The notes beneath the pieces are model-generated. The model was given only the letters and a program-made list of their open reading frames with translations, did not search any database and was not told the origin of the DNA. 64,000 bases of DNA from Fistulifera solaris (lineage: Eukaryota): positions 620,001 to 684,000 of the forward strand of contig AP026153.1 in the NCBI GenBank assembly GCA_030295235.1. The letters run 5' to 3'. Every line of letters begins with the position of its first letter. Positions within the stretch are counted from its first letter, which is position 1. This document shows, piece after piece, positions 13,708-26,669 of the stretch. A program made the position numbers and the translations under genes.

Positions 13708-15929
13708 TGTCGCTAATTATCGATTGCAGTCAGCTTTGGCAGGGATCGGGTCCTCAGAGAAGGAACACGAAGAAGAATAGAGTATCACAATGGCTAATAC
13801 CGACACCATGCATTATCATGCTATGCAGTTTGCGGCGTCTTGTGCTCGTCGATCAATAAAGACGGGTTTGATAGGAAGTTCGAGAAAAGCCTCACTGGAG
13901 GTGGCAAAAGGCAAGCGGCACCCAATCCCATAGTCTTTCTACTATCCATTGTATAGTATTATCATGTTTCTCGCTAAATGTGAATTTCATAATTCCGAAT
14001 AGTACTTTCTGAAAGATAATCGTCGAACACTACTGTCAGAAAATCTTGTCTGTTGTCATTAAATGAAATGTCTGACACTCGCAGTAGATTCGGAGTAACA
14101 AATAATTCTTTGCAACATGACGTCATAAGCTGGATACAGCATACAGCTTCTCTACTGAAGCCGTTCAATGTTCAATGTTCAGAAATCCTTTGGTCTTTTG
14201 GTTGTTCCTTTATGATCTTCTGTGTTCATGCAGTCTGCGTCAAAGAGTATCACAACGTTCCACCGACCGCTGTGCAGTCTTTGGTCGGGTCATGTGAGAC
14301 ATTCTATCGCTGTGCAGGAAGATCGTCCGGAAAAGGGAATCCGGTCACTTTTCAATGGAAAGTGGAAAGAAAGAGTTTCCAGTTTCCAGCCTAAAAATCA
14401 TCATCGGAAGTTCACGATTGCTTCTCTAAAAAAGGTAATAAGTTGAGTCTTGCGCGAGAGAGCAGGCAAGGAGCAGGATTGGATAAGTAGTAAGTCAATC
14501 GTCAATCCGGAGTACAAGTATTTCAGATTTCAGATTCCAACCTTCAGGTCAAAGACCAACAGTTCATTTATTGTAGATTGTAGCTGATGATGAAGCTATG
14601 AGAGGAGCCTCCAGCTAGCGGAAACGCAATATAAGATCTTCAAAATCAAGAGCATAGACAAGAGCTAAAGTGGAAAAGAGAAAGCGAGAAATCGGCAAAG
14701 TGAACTCTGTTGGGAATGAGCAACTTTTCTTGGTACACGTGAATAACTATACTCCGCAATAATCTAATAATCAGATTCTAATCTAGGTTCTCACGAGAGG
14801 CTCCAAGAGAGAACAACAATGCGCGAATTCAGCCTAGACTGTAAGTTTCAAGTCTAAAGAGTGACGAAATCAAGTCTTTTTTTTTGCGTAAAAGTTAATT
14901 CGAAGAGATTAGGTCAGGTCAGTGCAAATGAGGTCGCATTATTTTATCTTTAGCAGACGAATCGAAGTGAAGCAGTGAATCCGACTTTCGTCTTTTATAA
15001 GGTTGAGAATTGAGAAGCCTCAGTAAGCATTATCTACTTTGTGCAATAGTAGGGAAGGGGTCTTTGGGACTCTAGAAGCATCGACCTAGTTTTTTTTTTT
15101 TAAATAAATTATTACAGTCTGTCTAATTTATTTGTCTGAGGACGAGTTTGATACGAAAGCTGGTGCGACATTATCGAGTCTCGACAAAGGATACCGTTCC
15201 ACTGTAAAGAAAGTGCAGCCCTGATGTAGAAAATGTACCAAGCTGTACACGATCCTTCGCATTCGACGCATCAAGTCAAGCGATGTTTGATCGAGGCCGC
15301 TTTCATGACAACAATAACAAACCTTTGCGAAACCCATCACTTGTTGCCTCCAACATATCCAAGCAACACGTTTTTAAAGAACAAATTTTTTCCTCTATCA
15401 TCGCAATCATTGTTCGTTTCCAATGACGAATTGCTGTTTAGGAAATTACTGCAAAAGTCCTTCGAATAAGCCGTAAGTACTTGTGACATGCGGTTGCTGC
15501 GAAAAGATAATTTGCATTGGAAGTTTCTTCTAAACAATGATTTTCTTCAAAATTTCGTCACAGAACCTTGATTTGCGGTCTTTGTCGCAAACAGGTACAT
15601 TCTGTTGTGTTGGGATGTTCCATCGGTCCAGGTAAGTCAAGCAAAAATACAAGAAAAAGAAAGAGCGAGGTCAAGATACACTTCATCGCTTGGCTCCCAT
15701 TTGTCACACTTTCCGTAAATCTTCTCACACGATGTGATCTCGCCTTTCGCTTGCTCGATTGCTTTTCCTCTTACTATTAAAAGCCTGCGAATTGCCTCCC
15801 CATCATCATGTTTATCAGCGAACATTACTGCCCTTCGGCGACCCCGGCCGCCTTTCGTCTTCGGCCCACATTTGCTTAGCGTGCAGTGACAATGCGACCA
15901 AGAACATCGTTCCCCTTTCGACGACGGTC

Positions 15930-17341
15930 ATGGCGCTGCCGGATCTTTCGTTGACGCACGGGAATCACGACAATGAAGATGATAATGATACTGACGATGC
16001 CGCCGATTTATTGCTCAAAAAGACTTGGCTTCGACATTATCACGTCGTCGTTACACACTCGAAGATAAATACGACGTCGTCACCAAAGTCAAAGATGACG
16101 GAACAAACAAGAAAGAAATAGCCGAACAATTTGGTATCAACAAAGCCACGCTGAACGCGTGGTTGAGGCAGAAAAAAGTCGATCATCAAACAATGCAAAG
16201 GTGTTCAAGAACGACAACGTTTTTCGTATCAACAAAAACACGAAATACTCTCTAAAATCAAGCAAGACAAATCCAACAAGAAGGAAATTATGGACGCCTT
16301 TGGTATCAAGAAGCATACACTGAATACGTGGTTGCGGCATCGCACGGACATTGCCCGGACGAGTGAAGAGCTGCCGGCCCGGAAAGCCAATTATCACAGT
16401 GCCATTTGGAGGATACACGAAGGCGTCGACGCCTTTTTGCTGAAAATCAAATGCGACAAGGGAAGGATCGCATCAATATTACGGGATACGTTTTGGGTGT
16501 GCATGCCAACAAAGTCAAAGAGGAACTACTCGAACGACACGCCAATAAAGAGATTGAATTGGACGAGCAGGAGGTCAAGCATTTGATGAAATTCAAAGGG
16601 AGTGATTCTTGGGGCAGAAAATACGCCAAAGCTAAAGGATGGCGTGGACCCGAGTTCCGGAAAGGTGGTCGTGATGGAGATGACGATGAGAATCCTCATT
16701 CGAGCAGTACTATTTTGATCCATCATCACCACCATCATCCGATGGAAGATACCTCCGATAATTTAGAGCAACACGCGGCCCATCATTCGCATCATCACCA
16801 TCGACCGCAGCACGGTGGCTTGGGTGCTAGTGCTATCGACAGTACGAGTTTGAATCTCAGCAACATGGACAACGGCCACAAATCGGACGAATCGTACGGG
16901 TACCATATGTACGCCCACAATATACAACAATTGACAGCGAGCCATCATCTGACCATGGCTCAAGCTAGTAGTATCGACCCACTCAACAATCTGCAGCATG
17001 TGCAAATGCATCATCAACAGCAATTACATTCGTCGAATGACAACGCAATGTCTCAAGCGAATATGCTGGCGCAGCATCAGCAGCAGCAAGCTCTCCAACA
17101 GCAAATACAACAACAGCAGCTCCACCACCAGACATTACAGCAGCAGCAACAAACGATGCAACATCATATTCAACAGTTAGGGGAGCAGCATTCGATCGAT
17201 CACAATACTCTCGTTGGCCACGATCCCAGTCTTGCCATGGGTATGTCACAGCAACAGTCTCTTCAACAACAATCATCGCATCTGCACAGCGATATGTCCT
17301 CCAATGTACCCGATCCTCGATCATACAACACGTACGTGTAA
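15930..17341 (+). CDS. CENP-B/pogo-type DNA-binding protein (two psq-like HTH plus a CENP-B HTH) with His/Gln-rich C-terminus; three frameshifts
   Basis: Joined frames give RRRYTLEDKYDVV...KKEIAEQFGINKATLNAWLRQK, RQRFSYQQKHEIL...KKEIMDAFGIKKHTLNTWLRHR and ITGYVLGVHANKVKEEL...FKGSDSWGRKYAK, then poly-H/poly-Q. Shifts lie at A/T runs (~16020, ~16175, ~16437). Confidence 0.7.
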
Positions 17342-17499
17342 CTAGTTATATATCTCAACTGTAGAACAAGGGTTTCAGTGAACATGGCCACGTAATTTCT
17401 GCTGCCCGTTTGACCATTAATGCGGGCCCCACAACGACAGAGTGGCAAAACGCCCAATAGCGAGACCCTCACAACCATCAACTCTATCTTCCAATGCTT

Positions 17500-18900
17500 T
17501 TGGTCCAAGGTTGTAATGGTTAGCGTCAACGATTTCGTTTACAGCTATTACTGAAAATCCAATGAGTAGATGATGGTGAAAAATACAATCTCCGGGTTCT
17601 CCTGCAGAGATAAATTTCCTACGGCGGCTACGTATTATACGCGTAGACACTGCAACCGTTGTATCTTTCTACTTATGCTTGAATCACTTTCAAAATAGTC
17701 CTGACTATTGTGCCATTTTACGCATAAGCTATGTTGGACAAAGTCTTGTTGACATTGGTGTATAAAAGCCGCGAAAAATGGTGTCATCAAAAGAACAATA
17801 TCCGGGTTTGCCCTCTGTCGATAAATTTCCTACGAGAGCTACGTGAAATTACGTAGACATTCGAAGCGTTGCATTGTTCGTTCCATCAACGCTTTGCTCT
17901 TAAATCGATGGCGGTTATTGCTAAGCGATACCAAGGCAATACGGTGCGTAAGATAACGTTAACATCTGTGCACTATAATGCAAAAATTGGATGATGGTGA
18001 AAAATACAATCTCCGGGTTCTCCTTCAGAGATAAATTTCTTACGGCGGCTACGTATTATACGCGTAGACACTGCAACCGTTGTATCTTTCTACTTATGCT
18101 TGAATCACTTTCAAAATAGTCCTGACTATTGTGCCATTTTACGCATAAGCTATGTTGGACAAAGTCTTGTTGACATTGGTGTATAAAAGCCGCGAAAAAT
18201 GGTGTCATCAAAAGAACAATATCCGGGTTTGCCCTCTGTCGATAAATTTCCTACGAGAGCTACGTGAAATTACGTAGACATTCGAAGCGTTGCATTGTTC
18301 GTTCCATCAACGCTTTGCTCTTAAATCGATGGCGGTTATTGCTAAGCGATACCAAGGCAATACGGTGCGTAAGATAACGTTAACATCTGTGCACTATAAT
18401 GCAAAAATTGGATGATGGTGAAAAATACAATCTCCGGGTTCTCCTTCAGAGATAAATTTCTTACGGCGGCTACGTATTATACGCGTAGACACTGCAACCG
18501 TTGTATCTTTCTACTTATTCTGGAATCACTTTCAAAATAGTCCTGACTATTGTGCCATTTTACGCATAAGCTATGTTGGACAAAGTCTTGTTGACATTGG
18601 TGTATAAAAGCCGCGAAAAATGGTGTCATCAAAAAGAACAATATCCGGGTTTGCCCTCTGTCGATAAATTTCCTACGAGAGCTACGTGAAATTACGTAGA
18701 CATTCGAAGCGTTGCATTGTTCGTTCCATCAACGCTTTGCTCTAAAATCGATGGCGGTTATTGCTAAGCGATACCAAGGCAATACGGTGGGCAAGATAAC
18801 GTTGACATCTGTGCACTTAAAATGCAAAGACGGGATGATGGTGAAAAATATAATCTCCGGGTCCCCCTCGCGAGAGCTACGTGCATCGATTACGTAGAAA
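17500..18900. repeat. 420-bp tandem array (3+ copies), each unit a dimer of diverged ~210-bp halves
   Basis: gatgatggtgaaaaata at ~17570, 17991, 18411 and 18834. Both halves contain tccgggtt...gataaatttc(c/t)tacg...gctacgt. Confidence 0.95.
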
Positions 18901-18983
18901 TTATTTTAGCGCGTTGCACCGCATTTTGCAATATTTCCTTTTTATAATTCTGTTAAATGTGTTCGTGTTGCTAGCTTTTCAGC

Positions 18984-19316
18984 ATGCAAATTTCAAGTTT
19001 CTTTACCGGTTATTGGCTTCTAATGCTCATGACAGAGTGCGCACTTGCCTACGTGATTCCTGTGAAACATTCGTCTCGATTGAATACGTCACTGAAATGG
19101 TTTGGAACAAACAACAACAAGAAAGAATCCATTTCGAAAGAGAAAAACACATCGAAACCAAAAGATAATGACATCAACAACAGCGGTCCTCCCCCTTTCA
19201 TCTTCTTATATGGAAAACCACAGCACGATTGGTCTACGGGGAAACCGATTAGTGAGGACTCGTGGGTCAACAAGAAACGAGCCAATTGGCTTGTCAAGCC
19301 CAAAAAGGAAAATTAA
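18984..19316 (+). CDS. Small hypothetical protein with signal peptide, probably plastid-targeted
   Basis: 110-aa ATG ORF; hydrophobic N-terminus ending ALA-YVIP followed by an S/R/K-rich transit-like stretch; C-terminal segment LYGKPQHDWSTGKP. Confidence 0.6.
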   Translation: MQISSFFTGYWLLMLMTECALAYVIPVKHSSRLNTSLKWFGTNNNKKESISKEKNTSKPKDNDINNSGPPPFIFLYGKPQHDWSTGKPISEDSWVNKKRANWLVKPKKEN

Positions 19317-19380
19317 ACCTCGCTATCGTTCTAAAATTGTGATAGATCAAATGTGATGTATGAGCTCATTTATCCAGTAT

Positions 19381-21013
19381 TCATTTCTTAGCTTCATCAT
19401 ATGTTCCAGCCCGCCCATGATCGACCTGATTCCTATGCGCAAACGCTTTCGATTCAATGACACCGGACTGGAAGTCATCCAAGAACTGCGCCCGATCCAC
19501 TGTCCGCGCTTTGCGTAAATTCTCCGCCTTGATCGCTCGTGCTTGATGCTGCGCTCCCAGCGCTGCTGCCACTACTTCGCTGCCACCGACACCCCACACT
19601 TCCAAACTATCCAACTCAAAGAAACGTTGTCCATCGGGCAGTAATTGTCCGTGCGCAAATGTCAAATCCCGCGAACCGGCGATGCATTGCTCGAAAGATT
19701 CCGGAAAGAAGAGACGAGGTTCCGTGGTAGTGCCGCCGAATCCGATGCCGTGCGCTTGTTGATCGTAGCCTTTGCTGCGTGCGTACGAATTGCAGTACAT
19801 GAAATTACGGTCCGAACCGGAAGGCCGGAATATGCTAGTACGAGGTGCGACCTGAAACAGGAAGCAATCCGTATTGCCGTAAAAGTCTTTCGATTCCTTC
19901 CAGGGGGATGCGGTAAAAGCTCCCAGAATACTACCTTTTTTACCAGTCGTGCGTGCTAAAAGTAATGTGGGGCCCGAGTATCCCAGCAAAGCATTCTGGA
20001 GACGATTAAACGAGAGCCCGTCTTGTGTCGAAGTATACAAACAGTAATAGCTTCCGCCCAGTGCCGGAGACAAGCAACCAAAGGTAAAGAGCAGAGACGA
20101 AGTTGGGTTTTGAAAGAATGAACTGGGCTTGGAATCGTCTGTAACCCAAGGAAATTCGTAGGCCGTTCGTCCTGTCGAACTGTGTGACATTCCGGGAAAC
20201 AAAATGGTATGAAACAAGGTTGGTAGAATCGATGCAAAGGTGGGAGCCACGGCTTCCGACCATTCCAGGATGTCCTCGAACGTTACAGCAAAATCGTCTG
20301 TACTATTCGTCGTGCTGTCCGTCTGAATATAAGTCATTCGCTTCTTTCGTTGTTCCACAATGGATTGCGCCAAGGCGAGAAGCGTCTCGTCGTGTTGTTG
20401 TGTATCGTTTATTACAGGTATGGATGCATGGTTGCCTTGCAAAAATTCGGATGTCAAGGCCAATCGATACCCCAATTGAATGAATTCCGTAGCTTGTATT
20501 GTGACTTCGTTGTTTTCATTTTTGGTTGCTTGACAATTTCGAAACATGACTTGCAGGGCCGCTCTCGAACCTCGACGTGATGCATTCGAAAGTCCTTCAA
20601 AGAACGCCTCCAAGTGATCACGTGATGTAGAACTCTCCGGTGGTTGCGTACCGTAAGCGTTTTCGGATATTGTAAACGCCCTTTGATACAATCGATTTCC
20701 AAAGTCGACCGGCAATACCTCCCGTTCCACTTGTGCAATTTTTTCAACGTACTCTTCAAGTGCCATTGTTTGTTGTGTCGATGAGTCATCTTCTTTTGCT
20801 TCTGTATGCGGTAATTTGCTACGACGATTCCAACATGCTCCTGCCCAGTCTTTCAAAAAAAGTCGTTTTCGATGTCTGACTCTGCCAAGCTTGATAACAG
20901 CGATACAAATGCCATAATTCGGCGTCCCCGAACGGACAGCGTTCGCCCAAGAATTGCACATCCAGTTGTTCGGGTGTACGTGAATGATTCGCTGTGCTTG
21001 AAGACACACCCAT
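19381..21013 (-). CDS. TLDc-domain protein with probable N-myristoylated MG start; one frameshift ~20855
   Basis: TLDc motifs LYTSTQDGLSFNRL..ALLGYSGPTL, GAFTASPWKES..FYGNTDCFLF and LEVWGVGG. The N-terminus MGVSSS...FGDAELWHLY lies in another frame joined at an A7 run. Confidence 0.85.
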
Positions 21014-21610
21014 TTGTCTATAAAGAAAAGGGACTATTGCGCTCAAGAAACAGATGCAAGTGAAATATTCTTTCCCATCACAAGATTGTTTTCGTTTATT
21101 ACGATGCAATGCATCGTTCGCGAAATACATCGAATTCCACACTCCCAGATTTTCTGGGAGGTGAGAACGCCGCCCATTTTTGACATAAACATCAGAATTT
21201 CCGTCTGCCTCAAAATAATGGCAAATGGATCAACTATGGTCGAAAGTGTAAGAGAACATATCCACGACTGCATTTCAGTCATGAGAAAATATTATTTTAT
21301 TTTATTTTAAAAAAAATAAAATTACTCCGGAGTATTATTGTTGGGGCAACGAGCAACGAGCAGACCGCAATAAGGACCACCGCGCGCAACGCAAACTTAC
21401 CTGGTATTCTTGCTTCTTGCTTCTTGCACCTCAAGCCGCAAAGCCATTTTCCATTATTTTATTTTTCGCATTCATTTCCGCAGCTGTGATTAGAAAGTCA
21501 AGTAACAACAATATTCTATTCGCATAGAATACCCACCAACTGGTTTTTATAGAATTAAGGCGTTCATTACGGCGAGAAAATCGTCTCTTTACAGCAACAC
21601 ATACGCAACA

Positions 21611-22342
21611 ATGGCGCATCACTTGGCTCGGATTCACGGCACGGAAGAAGACAAAGTCAATTGTCCTTTCTATTTCAAAATCGGTGCTTGTCGACACTCT
21701 GATCGCTGTAGTCGTTTACACCACAAACCTCAGTTTTCACAAACACTCCTCGTCAAGCATTTGTATCAACATCCCGTTCGACAAGCGGAACTACAACAAG
21801 CGGTCGGACAACCTGCTGCCGCCATTCCGGAAGAACAGGCCGTAGAAGAGTTCTTTTGCTTCTTTGAAGACATGTTTATGGAATTTAGTAAATTTGGTCG
21901 CATTGAAGAAATGCACATTGTCGATAATTTGGGCGATCATCTGATTGGGCACGTGTACGTCAAATTCAGTGATGAGGAAGACGCGAGTGATGCCTTGGCC
22001 GTCATGAACGGTCGTTACTATGACGGAAGACAGATGCAAGTGGAATTCTCGCCCGTGACCGACTTTCGGGAAGCCCGTTGTCGAGATTATGACGATGATG
22101 TATGTGCTCGGGGTGGCTTTTGTAATTTCTTGCACTCTAAACCCGTGCCGATGTGCTTGATTCGGTCGTTGGAAGAAGATGCAGAGCGTGAACGTGAACT
22201 TGAAGAGCGAGACAAGAAGCACAAGAGTAAGAAACGCAAGAAAGATCACGAGTCACGGCATCATCATCGGAAGCGTTCTCGACATAGTCGAAGTCGCAGC
22301 CGCGATCGAAGTCGATCTGAAGATGGCCGTAGTAGTGACTAG
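21611..22342 (+). CDS. U2AF1: Splicing factor U2AF small subunit (U2AF35)
   Basis: MAHHLARIHGTEEDKVNCPFYFKIGACRH CCCH finger, UHM/RRM (NLGDHLIGHVYVKF), second CCCH (CARGGFCNFLH) and RS tail. Confidence 0.97.
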   Translation: MAHHLARIHGTEEDKVNCPFYFKIGACRHSDRCSRLHHKPQFSQTLLVKHLYQHPVRQAELQQAVGQPAAAIPEEQAVEEFFCFFEDMFMEFSKFGRIEEMHIVDNLGDHLIGHVYVKFSDEEDASDALAVMNGRYYDGRQMQVEFSPVTDFREARCRDYDDDVCARGGFCNFLHSKPVPMCLIRSLEEDAERERELEERDKKHKSKKRKKDHESRHHHRKRSRHSRSRSRDRSRSEDGRSSD

Positions 22343-22699
22343 CTGTTGTAAATCTTTATCGATCGCTTGCATGTCCATATGATTTATGTGTTGTAGAATT
22401 GCGATTCTGTTTTCTGTTTGGAATAATCTGAGATGATAAACTCCGCAAAGATGGAGGCTTAGTTTTCAGTGCCGCACAGACATGCATGTGCGGAATGACT
22501 TCAACACAGCCGTCTGGTGTCGTCCGTGCCACATTGGTTTAATGACTGACGTACCTGGTACGCACCAAGAAAGTCTACGTAGCTCAACGACGACCCTACG
22601 ATCGCGTGCGCAACAAGCATCTTTTGCTGCAAAAGGACAACAACAAACCGTGCTATTAACAACACCGTTGCATTGCATTCCATCTCTCTTTGTATAATC

Positions 22700-23261
22700 A
22701 TGATGAAGCAAACTGCTCTTTTCGTTGCTCTTTTGGCGTCTGCCTCGGCTTTCGCTCCCGCTAGCAGGTGTGTTTGAGATTGTTAATATATCGTTCAGAT
22801 CGAACGGATTTTTTCGAGATTTTACTGTTAGTGCCTCCTATGAAGCAACGCAACAAATAATTTTTTTTGAGTTGCAGCAAGGCATTGCATGATACTATTT
22901 TTTTTGAATGAGCGCAGATATACGCGACGAAGCTGGGCTTTTTTCGGAGACTGCGAATGGATATACGAAGCAAACGAGAAAAGTGCAAAATCTTTTGCTT
23001 GCTTTCGCTCTTTCTTCCCTTTTCGCTGGTTGATGATAATGATCATATTTCTCACTAAGTTTTTCTTTGTTTTATTTTTCTAAAAACAGATTCGGTGTCA
23101 GCACAAAGTTGGCCGCCGAATGGAAGCCAGCGGACGGTGCCAAGTGGGAAGAGACTGACTTTGAGAAGGAGATCAACAAACTTGAGAAAGAAGCCGAAGA
23201 CCGCATGGACAAGAAAATCGAGGAGCTGAAATCCAAAATTCAAGCGACTGGTGCCAAGTAA
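22700..23261 (+). CDS. Small plastid-targeted protein with ASAFAP presequence; intron 22768-23089
   Basis: MMKQTALFVALLASASAFAPAS-R splices in frame (GT...AG, 322 nt) to FGVSTKLAAEWKPADGAKWEETDFEKEINKLEKEAEDRMDKKIEELKSKIQATGAK. Confidence 0.85.
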
Positions 23262-24167
23262 ATAAGCAACTTTTTATGTAGCAGAAAGAAACTTTGGACA
23301 CAATAGACCGATATGTTTTGCTGTTTCGTAAATAGTCGTGATTGCACTTGTTTCATTTGTGTGTAAGCATAATAATGTCACAATCAAATGTTAGAGACTT
23401 TATTTGATCATCTAGATTCACTTTCACGCCCTAGCTAGGGCTTGATAGTAATGCGCTGCCTGATCTAGATATTCTCCAGATTGAATTGGCTTGCTGAGAT
23501 ACGACTTGAAAGGAAAACCGTCGAAGCAAGGAGAATATGAACGACCATTATCGATGACTCGGGCAGTTCTTTTTTCAAGTAGCGTTCACAATGATACGGC
23601 CTACAAGCCTACAAGTACCACGTGGAGACCAAGAACCACCCACCTTTATCTCCTTCTCAACCCGACGTCAAATAGGTTCAATGCTGTTTGAAATAGCCCA
23701 TTCACAAAGCTTGACTTGTTCAATTTGACTTTTATCCATCTCGATTTAGTCTACGAATGTTTGCCTCTCGAAAAGCTTCCAAAATGTTCATTACCTAGGC
23801 TACTATACATTCAAAATGTAGGCGACACTTTCCACGACTGGGTAAGACAGTTGAGTCATGAACCCGAACCTTCATCGACGAATATTTGACAGGACTGAGC
23901 GCGCGGATAACGCGCCATGAGATGATCTGAAACCAGGCTTCGTTTTTGTACAGCGCTCGCAGTACGCTTTCAACGTCACATTTTTCGACGTGAAGCTTCA
24001 TCGCGGACGAGCACCTTTTTTCTGTTCCGTCATTCAATCAACATCGCTGATCTTCACAGAACATCGGAGCAGATCTTTCGATACATTCATTGCTTTGCTC
24101 TGTCGAACTGCACCCGTCGTTTATCTGCAATCATCTCACAAATAGGAAAGGAAAGACTGCTGCGAAG

Positions 24168-26465
24168 ATGAGGTATTTTCCCAACATTATCATCAAATTG
24201 GGCTTGGAAGATCCGCCGGAAGGTACGACTCACTTTCGTGTCACCTCAAAGAAGCACGAGTCGCGGTTTCAGACGAGTTTTAACGTGCTTTTTTATTACC
24301 AAATTCTTACACAAATTGTGTATTCCCTTGTGTTGCTGACAGGCAAGGCGTTGTTTCGTCGAATCACTCCGAAACAACTCCGAGAGAACAGCGGAGATGA
24401 ACCTCTGGCTTATCTCAAGAAACAGGCTGTTTTGCTCTTTCAGAAAGCCTTTGAAGATACCGATGTCAATCTGGCGTGCTTCAATGTTTCTCTCATGTAC
24501 AAGGACATGGATGGAGATTATATGATCATTCACAATCCGGAAGATCTGACGGCGGCGTTGAAGGAATATGCGGAAGCGGGCAAAATTAAGATTATCGCGC
24601 GAGTGCAAGACAAGCCTTCGGCACCGAATACTGCCAGTTCTTCTCCCTCGGTGCATACTTCGACGCAAACGACCCATACGACAACGGATCACGAAACTCT
24701 GAATGTGACGGATGCGGTGGAGCATGTTGTGGGGCGATTGCCTCGGCTACAATCATGGCAGCCAACCAAGTCACTCGTTCTCTGCGCGACATTAAGCGGG
24801 CGGAACGCAAGATCATTCAGCCGATTCGGGTGGCGACCGTGATGCGTTGTAGTTGCAAGCCAAATGCTGCCAAGAAGACAGCGAAATCACCCCCTGTCGA
24901 CCGCAAAGAGGAGGGAAAAGTCGAGGAGAAGGTTTCGACTGCGACTGACGAGGTTTTACAAACGAAATCTCCCCCTGTTGATTGCAAGGAGGATGAGAAA
25001 GTTGAGGAGAAAGTTTCGACTGACAAGGTTACACCGCAGCCAGTGGAGGAAGTGACAGCCACAAGTGCCACCGTGGATGTAGAAAAGGAAAAGAACCCCA
25101 CAGAGGACGAAGAGTCGGAGAAGAAGCCAGCCGCAAAATCGGAAGAAGATTGCGCTATTCCGGAAACGACCAACGACGAACCACTTTTCATCCACGGGCG
25201 TCACACATGCGACGGTTGTTTGTCTACACCCATTGTAGGAAAGCGCTTCCATGCGATACCCGATTATGATCTTTGCGAGACCTGCTTCAAGAACTACAGC
25301 GGAGATCGTGATTTTGTGGAAGTTGAACTTGGTACGTATAGTATTGTATTTATTGTCGAAATACAGTGTGTTGCCGCGTGTTGCCGTTGTGCCTAACCAT
25401 TGCATCGTTTTTCAGATCAAGATCGCATGTTTCAGGATCGCTGGAAAACACGCTGGGATCAGTTTCGTCGAAAGGGCTGCGCACTTGTATGCAATGCACT
25501 ACCGAAGTGCCCTCCTCAAACGTCGGCTTCCTGTCCCTTCCCACAGAGTGCCGCAGGAAACGAGTTTGCGCACGATCTCGCTCTTGAGGAAGCAGTTCGT
25601 CGAAGTCTTGACGATTTGAAAAAGAACCAACGGAAGTGGAAGTCATGCCCAATGAATTCGTATTAGAGGAAGCCTTACGCCGCAGTGACGAGCAAGCTGA
25701 AGCAGAAGAAGCAGCCGCGGTTGAAAAAGCTATCCAAATGAGCATGGAGGAAGTCAACAAGCCAGTTGCTTCAGACACCCCAATGTCTGCCCGCAGTTTA
25801 GCATCAAAGTCGTCCTTTGCGCAAGATGCAGCTGGATGTGGTGATATCGCGAATGATCTTGGCGAAGCTTTGGATAAAATTGCAAATGAAATTGATGAAA
25901 TGACTTTGACGTTGGGACGTTCCGATGAAGAAAAGGAAGCGGACGACGTTGATAGTTACATGGAGGAGGAGAGCTTGAAAGCCATTGATGATGTTTCTGT
26001 GGATGGAGAAAAGGGTGCTACAATTATTGAAGGCTCGGAACCTGCGTTGACCAGTAAATTAAGTGATGCTGGAAGCAAGAATAGCTGGCACGTGGTAGAC
26101 AATGACGAGGATGGCGAGGTGTTGGACGCAAACGCAGCTTTAGGTCGTGCCGCGCAAATGATTGGATCAGCGCTATTCAACAGCGATATGGAACGGTCTG
26201 CGCCTACTGCACCTTATGAATCAGTTGCCACCGTCTCTTCTATCCCAACCACGGTCCATTTGGATAGGGCAGAGTTGAACGCCCTCGTTCCCGATCAGTT
26301 GGAGCGTTGGGCTTTGCAGCTCAACCAGTTGCATGAGTTGGGCTTTTGAACGATCAAGTTAACGTGGAAACCATTGAGCGTCTTGCTGCTGCCAACATAG
26401 GGGTGAACTCTACTGATGAGGTTTCTGTTCAACAGGTGATTGACGAAATGATGAAAGATTGGTAA
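24168..26465 (+). CDS. NBR1/p62-like selective autophagy receptor (PB1, ZZ zinc finger, UIM-like, LIR-like, UBA); introns ~24222-24342 and ~25332-25415, several frameshifts
   Basis: PB1 acidic motif LMYKDMDGDYMII; ZZ finger FIHGRHTCDGCLSTPIVGKRFH..PDYDLCETC; LEEAVRRS/LEEALRRS repeats; SWHVV LIR-like; UBA-like WALQLNQLHELGF. Confidence 0.8.
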
Positions 26466-26669
26466 CCTTTGGATGGAAAATGCATATTAAAAATCAGAAA
26501 ACATCTTATTGCCTGAATTGTAGATCTTGAACGCTCCTTTTGCTCTGCAGTGTGGGTTTACTATAAATAGCTGATTTCGGTTCCTGGACTCCTCCTTGCT
26601 GATGAATTTATCTGCCTAAGGTTGCAAAACGTTACGGAGTACTCCGTAATTTTTACCCCTCTAACTCTA

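Noticed and set aside
21393..21405. ACTTACCTGG resembling the U1 snRNA 5' end
   Set aside because: No U1 stem-loops or Sm site follow; the downstream sequence is a simple ttcttgc repeat.
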